Origin: Podarcis tiliguerta | Taxonomy: Eukaryota | Reading direction: 5' to 3' (one strand) | Assembly: GCA_965153285.1 (NCBI GenBank) | Contig: OZ229114.1 | DNA length: 64,000 nucleotides | Shown here: positions 60,501 through 64,000 of the stretch, piece by piece | How the letters are laid out: every line of letters begins with the position of its first letter | Position numbering within the stretch: position 1 is the stretch's first letter | The notes under the pieces: model-generated | Seen by the model: only the letters and a program-made list of their open reading frames with translations | Databases searched by the model: none | Told to the model about the DNA's origin: nothing | Position numbers and translations under genes: made by a program

Positions 60501-60719
60501 ATCCTCAGCAAAATGGAAAGCGAAATATTAATATTCCTACTAAAAACTATTATGTAGCACATGCAAAGAATGATAGTGAGTAGGTAACGAACTAGGGCCA
60601 TGACAGTTGACTTTTTTTCTCTTGTCAGGTGGATGGAAGTAATAAAGAGAGCCACAAGTTCTCCAGGGAGATCCAGCCTCTGCCTTCCTAAAGATGAAAA
60701 GGAAAAGAACACAAACTGA
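6007..60719 (+). CDS. FARP2: FARP2 (FERM, ARH/RhoGEF and pleckstrin domain protein 2), multi-exon CDS, 5'-partial
   Basis: 25 GT-AG exons with consistent phases translate to FERM ([63 protein letters not shown]), DH ([16 protein letters not shown]) and two PH domains ([36 protein letters not shown]). Residues match FARP2 rather than FARP1 or FRMD7 as I recall them. Confidence 0.96.
6696..7408 (-). mobile_element. Degraded L2-like LINE RT fragment
   Basis: Broken frames read [43 protein letters not shown]. Confidence 0.75.
7989..8031 (+). CDS. FARP2: FARP2 exon ~4 ([14 protein letters not shown])
   Basis: ttcag| ... |gtaagt, 43 nt. Confidence 0.93.
8682..12038 (-). CDS. LINE A ORF2: APE endonuclease + reverse transcriptase + CCHC knuckle (1118 aa from ATG)
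   Basis: WNIAG, LQET, YLPP, GDLN, IDY, SDH (APE); [37 protein letters not shown] (RT); CPCG..ET..HVLLHC. Confidence 0.95.
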   Translation of the reverse strand: MFGKTTCNLALLTWNIAGWQKRVSDQSFAKYIQRHDIVFLQETWSTSEVELNGFSAFSLPGLLSTRGGRVKGGLVTLISTRLRAIFKKLDPLDHLATAVQVQWRTHSLLLINVYLPPQREKRLIRNNWAQLEQYLDKLSNQFPDASVVVAGDLNARTGQSDEALYAHFHETVPIIEETHPIPARVSKDKGCNYAGLCLLHLVNKLDLVILNGRTEGEKVGEFTFISNNGASTIDYIIVSYDLQNKVLECKVEERLDSDHLPLSALVAAGKDLSCAEKIEHSSPTALELRYSRIRWTDELHKEISSRLCSKEFLTKRENLITSSSHELKINLFQELISLLQDSLKEKRNRPSRQSSVYKNSKPWFDQECQDMKLNLLKKYKNYRSANLPQLPTGWFEDKRNYKILIKNKKLLAQKREWKCLIDASRERDSATFWRLVANGVRSTSSEVEYTIPAGTWEAFFQSLYPALPLTQPLIQCAAGDEWPPVSVAEIRRLIQALKHRKAPGADNISPELLKANIDWWAPVLATLFTSIDQTAIIPEDWGLAIIVPIFKKGCKLDPANYRPISLLSIISKLYATHLREKFADWLEQEHVLKEAQAGFRAHRSTLDQGLVLQHLVEKYTSKKGGSLYVAFIDFKSAFDSIPRHRLWEKLNATNIDRRLLLLIRRLHENTRIRVRCDRYGNLSKEIQSFHGVKQGCVLAPILFNFYINSLVGKMEEASTHSPNLNNIPIPVLLYADDAALISFSCVGLRKLLRALTEYCEAEHLIINYTKSKIMVFPKRKLRHKWKINNQPIEQVTSFRYLGIIFDEKGSWCHQIKNSIVNAQRSFRAIIRFFYRKGGQYVPAASQVFVAKILPQLMYGTQIFNCQKLKSLESVQTKFYRSLLGLPTCVSNTAIRLEVGQLPINARIWILKIHFWLKLIFFPVGVAPLTLLDPFQSKWRLSLYEKLKGLGLSPQELIAAGFEKAKMMVSQRIGDIELQDHMSKIDKYPAIQDYGKGFNLTPYLLDLQIAKYRRAFTLTRFDVLPSALLKGRYEGTPYAERVCPCGLKEAETASHVLLHCDLYGDIRSLFISPIVQKFPGRSESQRLKILLGDKNPEVTLKVAKFSAAAIKRRALVVKK
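12048..14297 (-). CDS. LINE A ORF1 (749 aa; coiled-coil-like, basic, RRM-like segment)
   Basis: Long ORF upstream of ORF2; blocks similar to LINE B ORF1 (RVIASF...[10 protein letters not shown]; EKALINQF...[13 protein letters not shown]). Confidence 0.85.
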   Translation of the reverse strand: MVLTRKKCRDLGIATSPLFQECYEKQSKITQYLLHTRDNENGNGNGQKMAEMVELKQDEALPFPSAAQDHSTFSRGIQDTENNNQNRNTMSLAHEIVLAEVLSSELQEETRNSQKSQTSSMGSQTENNDCYPQDWLLSINLDLAAMKKYLTITNGLLLTLVENYPLQAKGSEFHGVNPPTTPQEPEYTKQPATSKCTQGSAAENHLQQGKDIGLYVSVPKTEFPIEVNQKKRGISKRSHKKKAEIKKKSKNIKIARKSVINRRACKVCWKRLYKLIPTKSKTNSNKPAIHGSRENNSVDPGKKIQLKSLKETSSLPNKTSEETESLPGCSMLKPQGSINIKEDSPHTIDYGRSQDEPVAGQDLPQDKGWKLMLADRKLAFLNYPKPKGFLTQEERSVHFVNTLDDMLPGKIKLKDITSVDFIFYNGYSLRVIASFKDQILAKYIYRSRHLLLKKRITVTRFFENSTCLKLFPDEFTTAEIRFSCKPKEERGHSKDKLEHTEQGSLKLRQEMRLPNEGTDNFYPEEKALINQFGLLPSLAQSEILRRLETLRNKLTEMNAQEKVREEEPATDQLKKENLSEKAKTDPMKDYSYNTSAIAEINLLTTDLTQCARDKLPSKKETILMATMKDYLYNTSAAAEINLTATDLTQCVRDSNNLPSKKETIPMTTTTRSWTSMRYLDEDELGISQIEHLKVDSPKKGVLITNVSTLHPSIDSIEYLGDNTSMDIAKMNEIQLTDKKIGPKNLLKAN
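15796..15874 (+). CDS. FARP2: FARP2 exon ~5 ([27 protein letters not shown])
   Basis: tttag| ... |gtaaac, 79 nt. Confidence 0.94.
17348..17445 (+). CDS. FARP2: FARP2 exon ~6 ([18 protein letters not shown]...SHLLQ)
   Basis: tttag| ... |gttagt, 98 nt. Confidence 0.93.
18222..18336 (+). CDS. FARP2: FARP2 exon ~7 ([15 protein letters not shown]...EFHRKH)
   Basis: cacag| ... |gtaagt, 115 nt. Confidence 0.93.
21368..21515 (+). CDS. FARP2: FARP2 exon ~8 ([22 protein letters not shown]...GVLVFQ)
   Basis: cacag| ... |gtagga, 148 nt. Confidence 0.94.
22201..22296 (+). CDS. FARP2: FARP2 exon ~9 ([15 protein letters not shown]...LHPEVH)
   Basis: cacag| ... |gtaagt, 96 nt. Confidence 0.94.
23341..23504 (+). 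CDS. FARP2: FARP2 exon ~10 (GPYQDTLEF...GSSFRY)
   Basis: tctag| ... |gtatga, 164 nt. Confidence 0.95.
23680..23748 (+). CDS. FARP2: FARP2 exon ~11 ([24 protein letters not shown])
   Basis: cacag| ... |gtaaca, 69 nt; FERM-adjacent region. Confidence 0.93.
24649..24706 (+). CDS. FARP2: FARP2 exon ~12 ([19 protein letters not shown])
   Basis: tacag| ... |gttagt, 58 nt. Confidence 0.9.
26039..26291 (+). CDS. FARP2: FARP2 exon ~13, internal-donor form ([10 protein letters not shown]...PVLQSFQ-G)
   Basis: ctcag| acceptor; donor caag|gtgttg gives phase 1, matching exon 14. Other in-frame phase-1 donors exist at 26378, 26426 and 26462, so the exact donor is uncertain. Confidence 0.75.
26039..27262 (+). 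CDS. FARP2: FARP2 exon 13 extended as alternative terminal exon (407 aa, Ser/acidic tail)
   Basis: Reading frame stays open 323 codons past the donor, to TAA at 27260-27262, in AT-rich DNA with no repeat signature. Confidence 0.7.
   Translation, partial: SASFTDGLRTSGPNACTYASFHSDNALATNIASLPTFTESKPLFLEPRISHTRSLAADANSGTSEETGKKVIQQPGSPVLQSFQGVGLCKVAENCTPTCTDVESSCGLGVAVEGRITCKNDNYVDDFTTGMAIAAKQHLPQGRGASLVKLVSSQLQVSEEFIDDDPAEMSFFAGGSEAFSYLYDGLDLQESDLTNCLSESPALTKEILQRNMMSSQSSPDRCSIEAVDMNMDHEFEFEGESDFNGNEQPSDTSELFEVKAQASRMQSLLSPSETSSLINNRSESSSLNNLTLNGMPFLHTYSSANHSEASSMVNFPAYSVRSESSSAFQFTDIIDQLEQLSYPPTTTEDSSSTDDSWDSETAAPLDINLFFNNPFAEATRENFTLDFQNNLKNLTQEDKTEDTHTSH
27719..27840. mobile_element. Palindromic lizard MITE family copy (GGACTACAA...CATCTGGAGGGCCAC); related copies near 8390-8447/14950-15005 (split by LINE A), 39196-39322 and 57045-57165
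   Basis: Self-complementary arms GGAACCTGTGG...CCACAG.TTCC, recurring through the window. Confidence 0.65.
28482..28492 (+). promoter_or_regulatory. YY1-like motif (AAGATGGCGAC) at the 5' end of LINE B; GATGGCGAC at 14941-14949 (-) in LINE A
   Basis: Matches the YY1 core AAGATGGC at the element start; likely part of an internal Pol II promoter. Confidence 0.6.
29459..31147 (+). CDS. LINE B ORF1 (about 562 aa from [12 protein letters not shown])
   Basis: Long ORF; heptad-like segment ([25 protein letters not shown]), RRM-like block and helical block shared with LINE A ORF1. Confidence 0.85.
   Translation: MGKRKRLREAEELLLLPSPKLQAKGRRDQPNFQAAVTTYNRFLPLSDLDVANNIPKSQNTTLHNCNLTSTPNKGGPDVDGEKIQDKENQLGNESSHLQLVIRTLDCIFKKIDFLTCSISKLTEKVMDMDAKIALKNNYQRGPPVIAPSNSGAKGMRKYKLNDLMCKQNLTLQPKKVCLTIRSEIWDWSSLEGAKIALSKILRTSIVHIDLHALLPLTQSNGPYKVILAFRSLRLPLLIIRQKWKFIKTKIIPTRVFADSIVKPLLVEKERETLDPGTSSTKSPDKEMLLSPQRTEEIACSPHPGTNLGDSRISNDESALMNSFDELQSQEKEKIINKLDKLREKMSQAKSKIGNKEIQTNSAIGGSVDLLKFSPQPQNRPIKSKATIQTIVSPPLLVNLEPALPAPAGMVTPTKEQQNVNKISTHSSMPDLESSLSGGESLVDDLEAQTAIDMDWTEDPLGHINKMTYPRKGNLRIVKTCTDLISAPLGDKLSDKTRDFREETRPNQDTTPIGPAEQSIITNSSRGTSAPKGEKSSTISQKKITDFFKSDNPPRPAFSPSLL
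31148..34543 (+). CDS. LINE B ORF2: APE + RT + CCHC; frame opens directly after the ORF1 stop with no initiating AUG
   Basis: Frame 31148+ reads [21 protein letters not shown]...LQET, GDFN, LDY, SDH, YADD, CDCN..ES..HIIFDC; first in-frame ATG is at 31949, after the endonuclease. Confidence 0.93.
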   Translation, partial: LPKPQSNPPPFSLLSWNIAGWKGKKSDPDFVKLINSHQVILLQETWEEGRVDINGFDVTSLPACPSTKGGRPRGGLVIAISLKIQAKLTLVNASTFAITALITGENFELVITNVYLPPGGNIADLCNKWGTLEEHLTFCHSKYPNIPNVIAGDFNARIATNWESLIKAKWWITPEFINDLSLHNQRLSKDKRVNEAGTLLYQLVLRLNLVILNGNCLPDVPGEFTHISSSANSVLDYILVSHDIFPRVSHFKVENIHLSDHLPLVATMTIDWTPDGNRHPTHLIMNSVLQIKSVKWSELQAQKYSAYFQQGLKQAYSGLTEDYYDYDQTLRLFSNLSEDLTSFFSVPTHKINRTQRKIGALWFNSACKQARQLLGNIYKEYKASGATVLPKEYFQAKSAYKQIQKGARQEWQVNQWRAIIEASSSRNSRQFWLLVNKRTKRYPLTIIPAPVWESYLKNYFATTDCIANTRDEFQHQLPLWPPTDPEDIHDLIVKLKTGKAPGPDLIPAEAIKYHADWWAKVLATIFDAVNNSGMIPEVWKDAVIVPIHKKGSPDDPGNYRNISLLSIVGKLYARFLLNRLNQWAEEKKLIGPEQAGFRPKQSTINHILTLQHLAWKYSTPKGGQLCVAFIDLKAAFDSIPRSILWEKLIRWGIDRRLLWLIIKLHENSAARVRFTPEGDLTNSIPINRGVRQGCILAPLLFNLFISDMRTPLIEAQERIHAPRLALYRCPLLLYADDAVILSFSRVGLRRALKIFGSYCSANSLTINYGKSKILIFSKSRKLHNWRIDGRVIEQVYRFQYLGVWLQHNLRWKAHVAYVTNRAKAISLAILRFFFTDGALHIPSALKVFKAKVIPTIAYAISIWGTLANLSHLEVIQNQFLRGILKLPNCVSNTALRMELNIVSLENALWKHILCHWLSLWHNLPNLYLIQCMWRDDFQSPWVKNLQLKITAMGISPSKLLEQDIVPAKRTVTCKLEEMDLQQKMILGNGTCSPLNLGLLPLLRLPNYLNSLTSSAHRYAFVKARFNTFPSNVLRNRFSNGQISLLCDCNSGAPESLHHIIFDCAFHLPARSKFLAQYLKGIADDTIEAKLRYLLIDDDPLKSLMVARFLISVLSLKKRNGLLCDSDNPFKP
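36412..36675. mobile_element. Tc1/mariner (Tigger/pogo-like) MITE
   Basis: TA|CAGTGGTGCCTCGCAAGACGAA ... TTCGTCTTGCGAGGTACCACTG|TA; internal TTCGTCTTGCGA repeats. Confidence 0.88.
40863..40921 (-). mobile_element. CR1 LINE 3'-end fragment
   Basis: (TAGAATCA)n tail followed by GAGTTGGAAGAGACC...GTCCAACCCCCTG. Confidence 0.75.
44154..44317 (+). CDS. FARP2: FARP2 exon ~14 ([12 protein letters not shown]...[17 protein letters not shown]...RRK)
   Basis: cttag| ... |gtaagg, 164 nt, phase 1-0; [13 protein letters not shown] motif. Confidence 0.9.
44347..44386. repeat. (GTTT)n microsatellite just downstream of the exon 14 donor
   Basis: About 10 tandem units. Confidence 0.95.
45766..45851 (+). mobile_element. 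5'-truncated RTE-BovB 3' end
   Basis: TGGTCCATGGGGTCACGAAGAGTCGGATACGACTGAACGACT plus (AAC)n tail; 7-bp TSD ATGGGAC (45759-45765 / 45852-45858). Confidence 0.82.
46287..46376 (+). CDS. FARP2: FARP2 exon ~15, DH start ([30 protein letters not shown])
   Basis: ttcag| ... |gtaagt, 90 nt. Confidence 0.94.
46695..46828 (+). CDS. FARP2: FARP2 exon ~16 (WFRSAVVKE...EQRLALW)
   Basis: tgcag| ... |gtaagt, 134 nt. Confidence 0.94.
47220..47301 (+). CDS. FARP2: FARP2 exon ~17 ([27 protein letters not shown])
   Basis: tgcag| ... |gtaggg, 82 nt. Confidence 0.92.
47730..47967 (+). CDS. FARP2: FARP2 exon ~18 ([11 protein letters not shown]...[18 protein letters not shown]...DCR)
   Basis: tacag| ... |gtgagt, 238 nt. 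Confidence 0.95.
48140..48370. mobile_element. Tc1/mariner (Tigger-like) MITE, next to an older related remnant (48076-48137)
   Basis: TA|CAGTGGTACCT ... AGGTACCACTG|TA; internal TTCAGGTTAAGAAC repeats. Confidence 0.85.
49102..49142. repeat. (AAT)n microsatellite
   Basis: About 13 tandem units. Confidence 0.95.
49907..50037 (+). CDS. FARP2: FARP2 exon ~19 ([13 protein letters not shown]...LVAAGR)
   Basis: tgcag| ... |gtaggt, 131 nt. Confidence 0.93.
51465..51507. repeat. (CT)n(CA)n compound microsatellite
   Basis: Direct inspection. Confidence 0.95.
51857..51925 (+). CDS. FARP2: FARP2 exon ~20, PH1 start ([23 protein letters not shown])
   Basis: cacag| ... |gtgagc, 69 nt. Confidence 0.94.
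52278..52415 (+). mobile_element. CR1 LINE 3'-end fragment
   Basis: AGAGGTTGGATGGCCATCTG...GGGGGTTGGACTAGATGA...GATTCT tail. Confidence 0.75.
53458..53547 (+). CDS. FARP2: FARP2 exon ~21 ([11 protein letters not shown]...LPLHGML)
   Basis: ctcag| ... |gtgagt, 90 nt. Confidence 0.93.
53916..53936 (+). CDS. FARP2: Candidate 21-nt FARP2 microexon (LIVLDPP)
   Basis: gtttgattttcag|CTGATAGTCCTGGATCCTCCG|gtgagt; phase 0-0, frame preserving. Confidence 0.55.
54137..54219 (+). CDS. FARP2: FARP2 exon ~22 ([27 protein letters not shown])
   Basis: tgtag| ... |gtaagc, 83 nt. Confidence 0.94.
54734..54852 (+). CDS. FARP2: FARP2 exon ~23 ([17 protein letters not shown]...CNRSN)
   Basis: ttcag| ... |gtgagt, 119 nt, ends phase 1. 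Confidence 0.92.
55522..55685 (+). CDS. FARP2: FARP2 exon 24A ([13 protein letters not shown]...[27 protein letters not shown])
   Basis: ctcag| ... |gtaccc, 164 nt, phase 1-0. Confidence 0.92.
56284..56396 (+). CDS. FARP2: FARP2 exon 24B, paralogous alternative exon ([38 protein letters not shown])
   Basis: Long polypyrimidine tract, ctccag| ... |gtaaag, 113 nt, phase 1-0; shares [13 protein letters not shown] with exon 24A. Confidence 0.75.
58125..58232 (+). CDS. FARP2: FARP2 exon ~25, PH2 ([14 protein letters not shown]...YKTHQ)
   Basis: tgtag| ... |gtaaga, 108 nt. Confidence 0.95.
58290..58430 (-). mobile_element. Degraded RTE-clade LINE fragment
   Basis: Translates [19 protein letters not shown]...MY..MK.AF, resembling the RTE EN-RT linker. 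Confidence 0.5.
58815..59061. mobile_element. Tc1/mariner-superfamily MITE (CCGTA-type TIR)
   Basis: TA|CCGTAATTTTCGCTCTATAAGACGCAC ... GTGAGTCTTATAGAGCAAAAAATACGG|TA. Confidence 0.85.
59209..59360 (+). CDS. FARP2: FARP2 exon ~26 ([13 protein letters not shown]...SKYTFER)
   Basis: ttcag| ... |gtaagt, 152 nt. Confidence 0.95.
60629..60719 (+). CDS. FARP2: FARP2 last coding exon ([15 protein letters not shown]...KNTN*)
   Basis: gtcag| acceptor, TGA at 60717-60719. Confidence 0.92.
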
Positions 60720-62310
60720 TAGAAGCAGAGCTGGGTCTCTGTTGTAAGTTAATTATTTGCAGTGTGGGGGAAAGGAGCCTGAGCATGATAGTAGTAAAAG
60801 GAACCCATCAGCTCCCTCCTGTGACCAAGTTAGCTGCCTCGTGGAAGATGGTGAATTTTGCTTAGTGTAGAAAGCTCTCTCATCCAAGGGACGGCAAAGA
60901 CTCTGGGGAATTCAGTTCATGAAAAAAATGTGGCTGCTGGATTTACATGACTTGCTTCTTTTGATGGGGTTTGGCCAATGTTAGTTCTCTGGCTTTCAAG
61001 TGGTTTTCTATTACTTGTTAATGCTCAGTCTCAACTAAATAATCTGTGTGCAACTTGTTCTTTCAGCCTACCAGCCATACATGCCTCACACGCTGCAAGC
61101 AATGTTCACATTAATATTAAGATGGAATTTCTCCTCACGGTAGAGCGGAGTGCTTCAGAAAATTGCCAGGAAGCAACTTCACCCTTGTTACTTTCTCAGT
61201 GCAAACAAAGTTGAAAGGATTGTTTTTATTTGGGTAGTGGGCATGAGAAAAGAGGATTCCACAGTCAGTTTGAAGGGGTAGGAAAGTATACAGAAGATAC
61301 TGAAGTATGCAAAGATGAGGATAGCGGTAGTGTGTCTGTACCGCTGCAGATAATGTTCTGAGTTCTCTTTCTGTTCTGGGCTTGAGAGTGGTGCTTGTTA
61401 TGTTTTGGCTAAGTTCTTTTAAAAGTTATAAATATGCATACAGAGAGTTGGAAAGGAAAGGCAGCTTCAGCAATAACCAGTCCGTTTTTATTACCTCAGC
61501 CAAAACATCTATTGTAACAGAAGTCCAATAAGCACGCATGTGCAGCAGTAATAAAAGCCTTGTATTGTTTGGGGGTGACTAACTATGGAAGGGTTTATTC
61601 CTTCATTAATGACACACCTCTACTTCTTAGTTCCTTTAACAGTGACAGGCCAGGGTGGGGGGAATACTCAGGGACTTAGCATGAGAACTGGTGCAGACAT
61701 TTATTTAAAAGTGCATATTCAGGAATTAAGGCAGATCAGTTGAAACAATACTGCACAATGGCAAGATAATTGAAACCCCCCTTTTTCTCTATAGTGCTAT
61801 TGTCCTGAGATCATGGAGGCAGAGCCTACGCATTTTATTTTTTAAGTTCATATACTTCTTTCATGGGACAGATAAGGTTTATCACGTTACCCTTGGATAG
61901 TAGTAGAATGTAGTCTGCTGGTTTGAAGGCGGTCTTGTCATGTTATACTGTGTTGAGCAACAATGTGGTGATGGGTAGTGTGCTTTAGAAGAAACTGAGG
62001 TAAAAAAAATATTTATATATTGAACGCTGCATTTTGAAGTATGGGCAATTAAAGGAGGGGCAGGACATGGGAAAAACACAGATGTCTTTATTACTCCTCA
62101 TATTGACCCTTAAAACTATGTAGGTCAGTCTTTTAGGTAGAAGGTTGGGGTTGGTTTCCCACTTAGAGGGCAAAGGGAAGGTTTGTTACTTTTTTTGTTT
62201 GACATTGTCATTTATAAGGAAGCTACAAAGTGCTAAATATTCTTCTCTACTATTATGGCCATTCAATATACATTAATGTATTTTTTTATTTATTAGTGTC
62301 TGTTTTTGGA

Positions 62311-62316
62311 AATAAA
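62311..62316 (+). terminator. Candidate FARP2 polyadenylation signal (AATAAA; another at 61550-61555)
   Basis: AATAAA after U-rich 3'UTR-like sequence, about 1.6 kb past the stop. Confidence 0.4.
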
Positions 62317-62549
62317 CTATTGTAGATCTCTAGATGGCTCACAAGCAGTTTGTCATCATCTAATTTTTATTCCGTTCAGAATTTTCAATATAAAAAGGAC
62401 TCCCATCTCAGCAGTGCCCACATTCTCATTTCAAATGCATAGTTTTCCCTATTTTATTAACTTAAGACCTCTAGTGAGCTGTGGCTAGCCTACAACTGAA
62501 TCCTGATCAAGGTTTAACCAAAATTGTCCACAAGAAAAAACACAAATGA

Positions 62550-62870
62550 GAGTTGAAGGGCGCCTTGTGGGCAATCTGTTTCAAGCCCCTGCTTGTCGTA
62601 AGAAATCCTACAGTCTTCACAACAGATGGCTGTACAGCATCTGCTAGAAGAGCTCCAGGGAAGGGAGAGTCTACCACACCCCTAGGTAAATAATTTTACT
62701 GTTGAATTGCTCTTACGTTCAAGATGTTTCAGCTAATGGTCAACTGAAAGCTCCCCTCGGATGAAATGTAGTCCTGTCCTTTGGGGGCACCAAAGTACAG
62801 TTCCTTTTCCTTCCCTGCAGGTATCTTCTCCAGGTTAAAAATACCCAGTTTTTTCAGTCTTGGCTCCCCA
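62550..62870 (-). mobile_element. Degraded CR1 fragment
   Basis: GAGTTGAAGGG...ACAGATGGCTGT.CAGC.TCTG...CTCCAGGGAAGGGAGAG pattern of a reverse CR1 3' region. Confidence 0.5.
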
Positions 62871-64000
62871 GCCCCCACCACCAAAAAAGCCTGCTCTGAT
62901 TTATCTTAGTGCAGTGCCTAAAACTCTCCCAACCAGTGTGTGGATAGGTGCACTCTAGCAAAACAACCCTGGCCTTCAGTAGCACAACTGAAATCCCACA
63001 CTGCATTAGATCAGACAGAAAATAGTCCTTACTTCCCTGGAGTTTCTAGCAATGAATAAATAATCATATAGTCAGCATTTACTTGACAAGTTAGTTTTAT
63101 TGAAAGTGGCAGATCCCTCTCACTGCTCATTTGAAAAACTAAGACATTGTTGTTTTGAATACTAGAGACACTGTGAGAGCTTTACTGGTGATTTATTGTG
63201 AGTTAAATGCAAGGTACCTTTTATGAACAGCACAAAGTAGCAGCTTCACAGCTTCCTGTTTTCCTTTCTACATCATTCCCATATGTTTTGTAAGCAGTCC
63301 TGGAGGATAATGGTAAAGGAAAATGGATTCTTCATATTCCTGCCCATGTTCTCAACTCAGCTATCCATGAGCAAAACTGAGAATGCAGCAACTGCAGCTC
63401 TGAAGACACGGTTCTAGCATAAAGTATGAATACCAAGAAAAGAGCATTTCCATTACTTTCCCCCTAACATTACTTGCAAGGGTATGTAGAATAGGCAATT
63501 CCACCTCCACCCCTGAACTCTATCAAAAGAATAGATCCATACCACTGTCAATGACTAAATGGTTTTACACATTTAGGAAGTGACTCTTTTCAATATGACT
63601 ACTGTCAATTTGTGTGACTACTTTAGACCTTCAATTCTTGAAGAGGAAGAACTAGTTGGAAGTCTGAAATACTTATGGTATTTATAGGCTACTTCTCAGC
63701 CAGAACCAGAGATAATGGCCATAAATAAATTGGGCAGAAGTACTGTTCAGGTCCACAATAGAATGAACAGTTCAGAAGAGACAGGATAAGTTTTAGAAAC
63801 ATCACCTAGAACTTCCTCCAGCTGTTGGCACCACACATGTATTTAAATTTAACTGAATTGCAGTCACATTTCAGAGAACAGCAAACTTCCATGAAGTTTG
63901 AAGACATATACCACAATCCTTTTACACTGTAGGTGTAGTTAAGCATTTAGCTTCTCTCCCTCTTTAGCAAGTGCATAATACTCTTGATAAACTATTTGAA

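Overview
Vertebrate genomic DNA from a squamate, probably a lacertid lizard (Sauria-type SINE, BovB, CR1, L2 and lizard hAT/Tc1-mariner MITEs). The + strand carries nearly all of FARP2 (FERM-FA-DH-PH-PH Rho-GEF): 25 canonical coding exons from 6007 to the stop at 60719, numbered by analogy to human FARP2 as I recall it. The first coding exon lies upstream of the window. Two intact, TSD-flanked, near-full-length LINEs (APE+RT+CCHC, most like the RTE-X clade) sit in its introns, at 8448-14949 (-) and 28469-34842 (+). Best candidate for an undescribed system: in both elements, whose proteins are clearly divergent, ORF1 and ORF2 are in the same frame, separated only by a single TGA followed by CTA, a classic stop-codon-readthrough context. 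The second element has no AUG anywhere in its endonuclease domain and has a canonical PCNA-binding PIP box just before the stop. The two LINEs also share a YY1/SOX-like 5' module and a 3' hairpin with compensatory changes. FARP2 shows unusual isoform architecture: exon 13 runs on into a 323-codon extra ORF (FRMD7-like short isoform), a tandem-duplicated exon pair has phases that force mutual exclusion, and there is a 21-nt microexon in PH1. All calls are by eye; no database searches were run.
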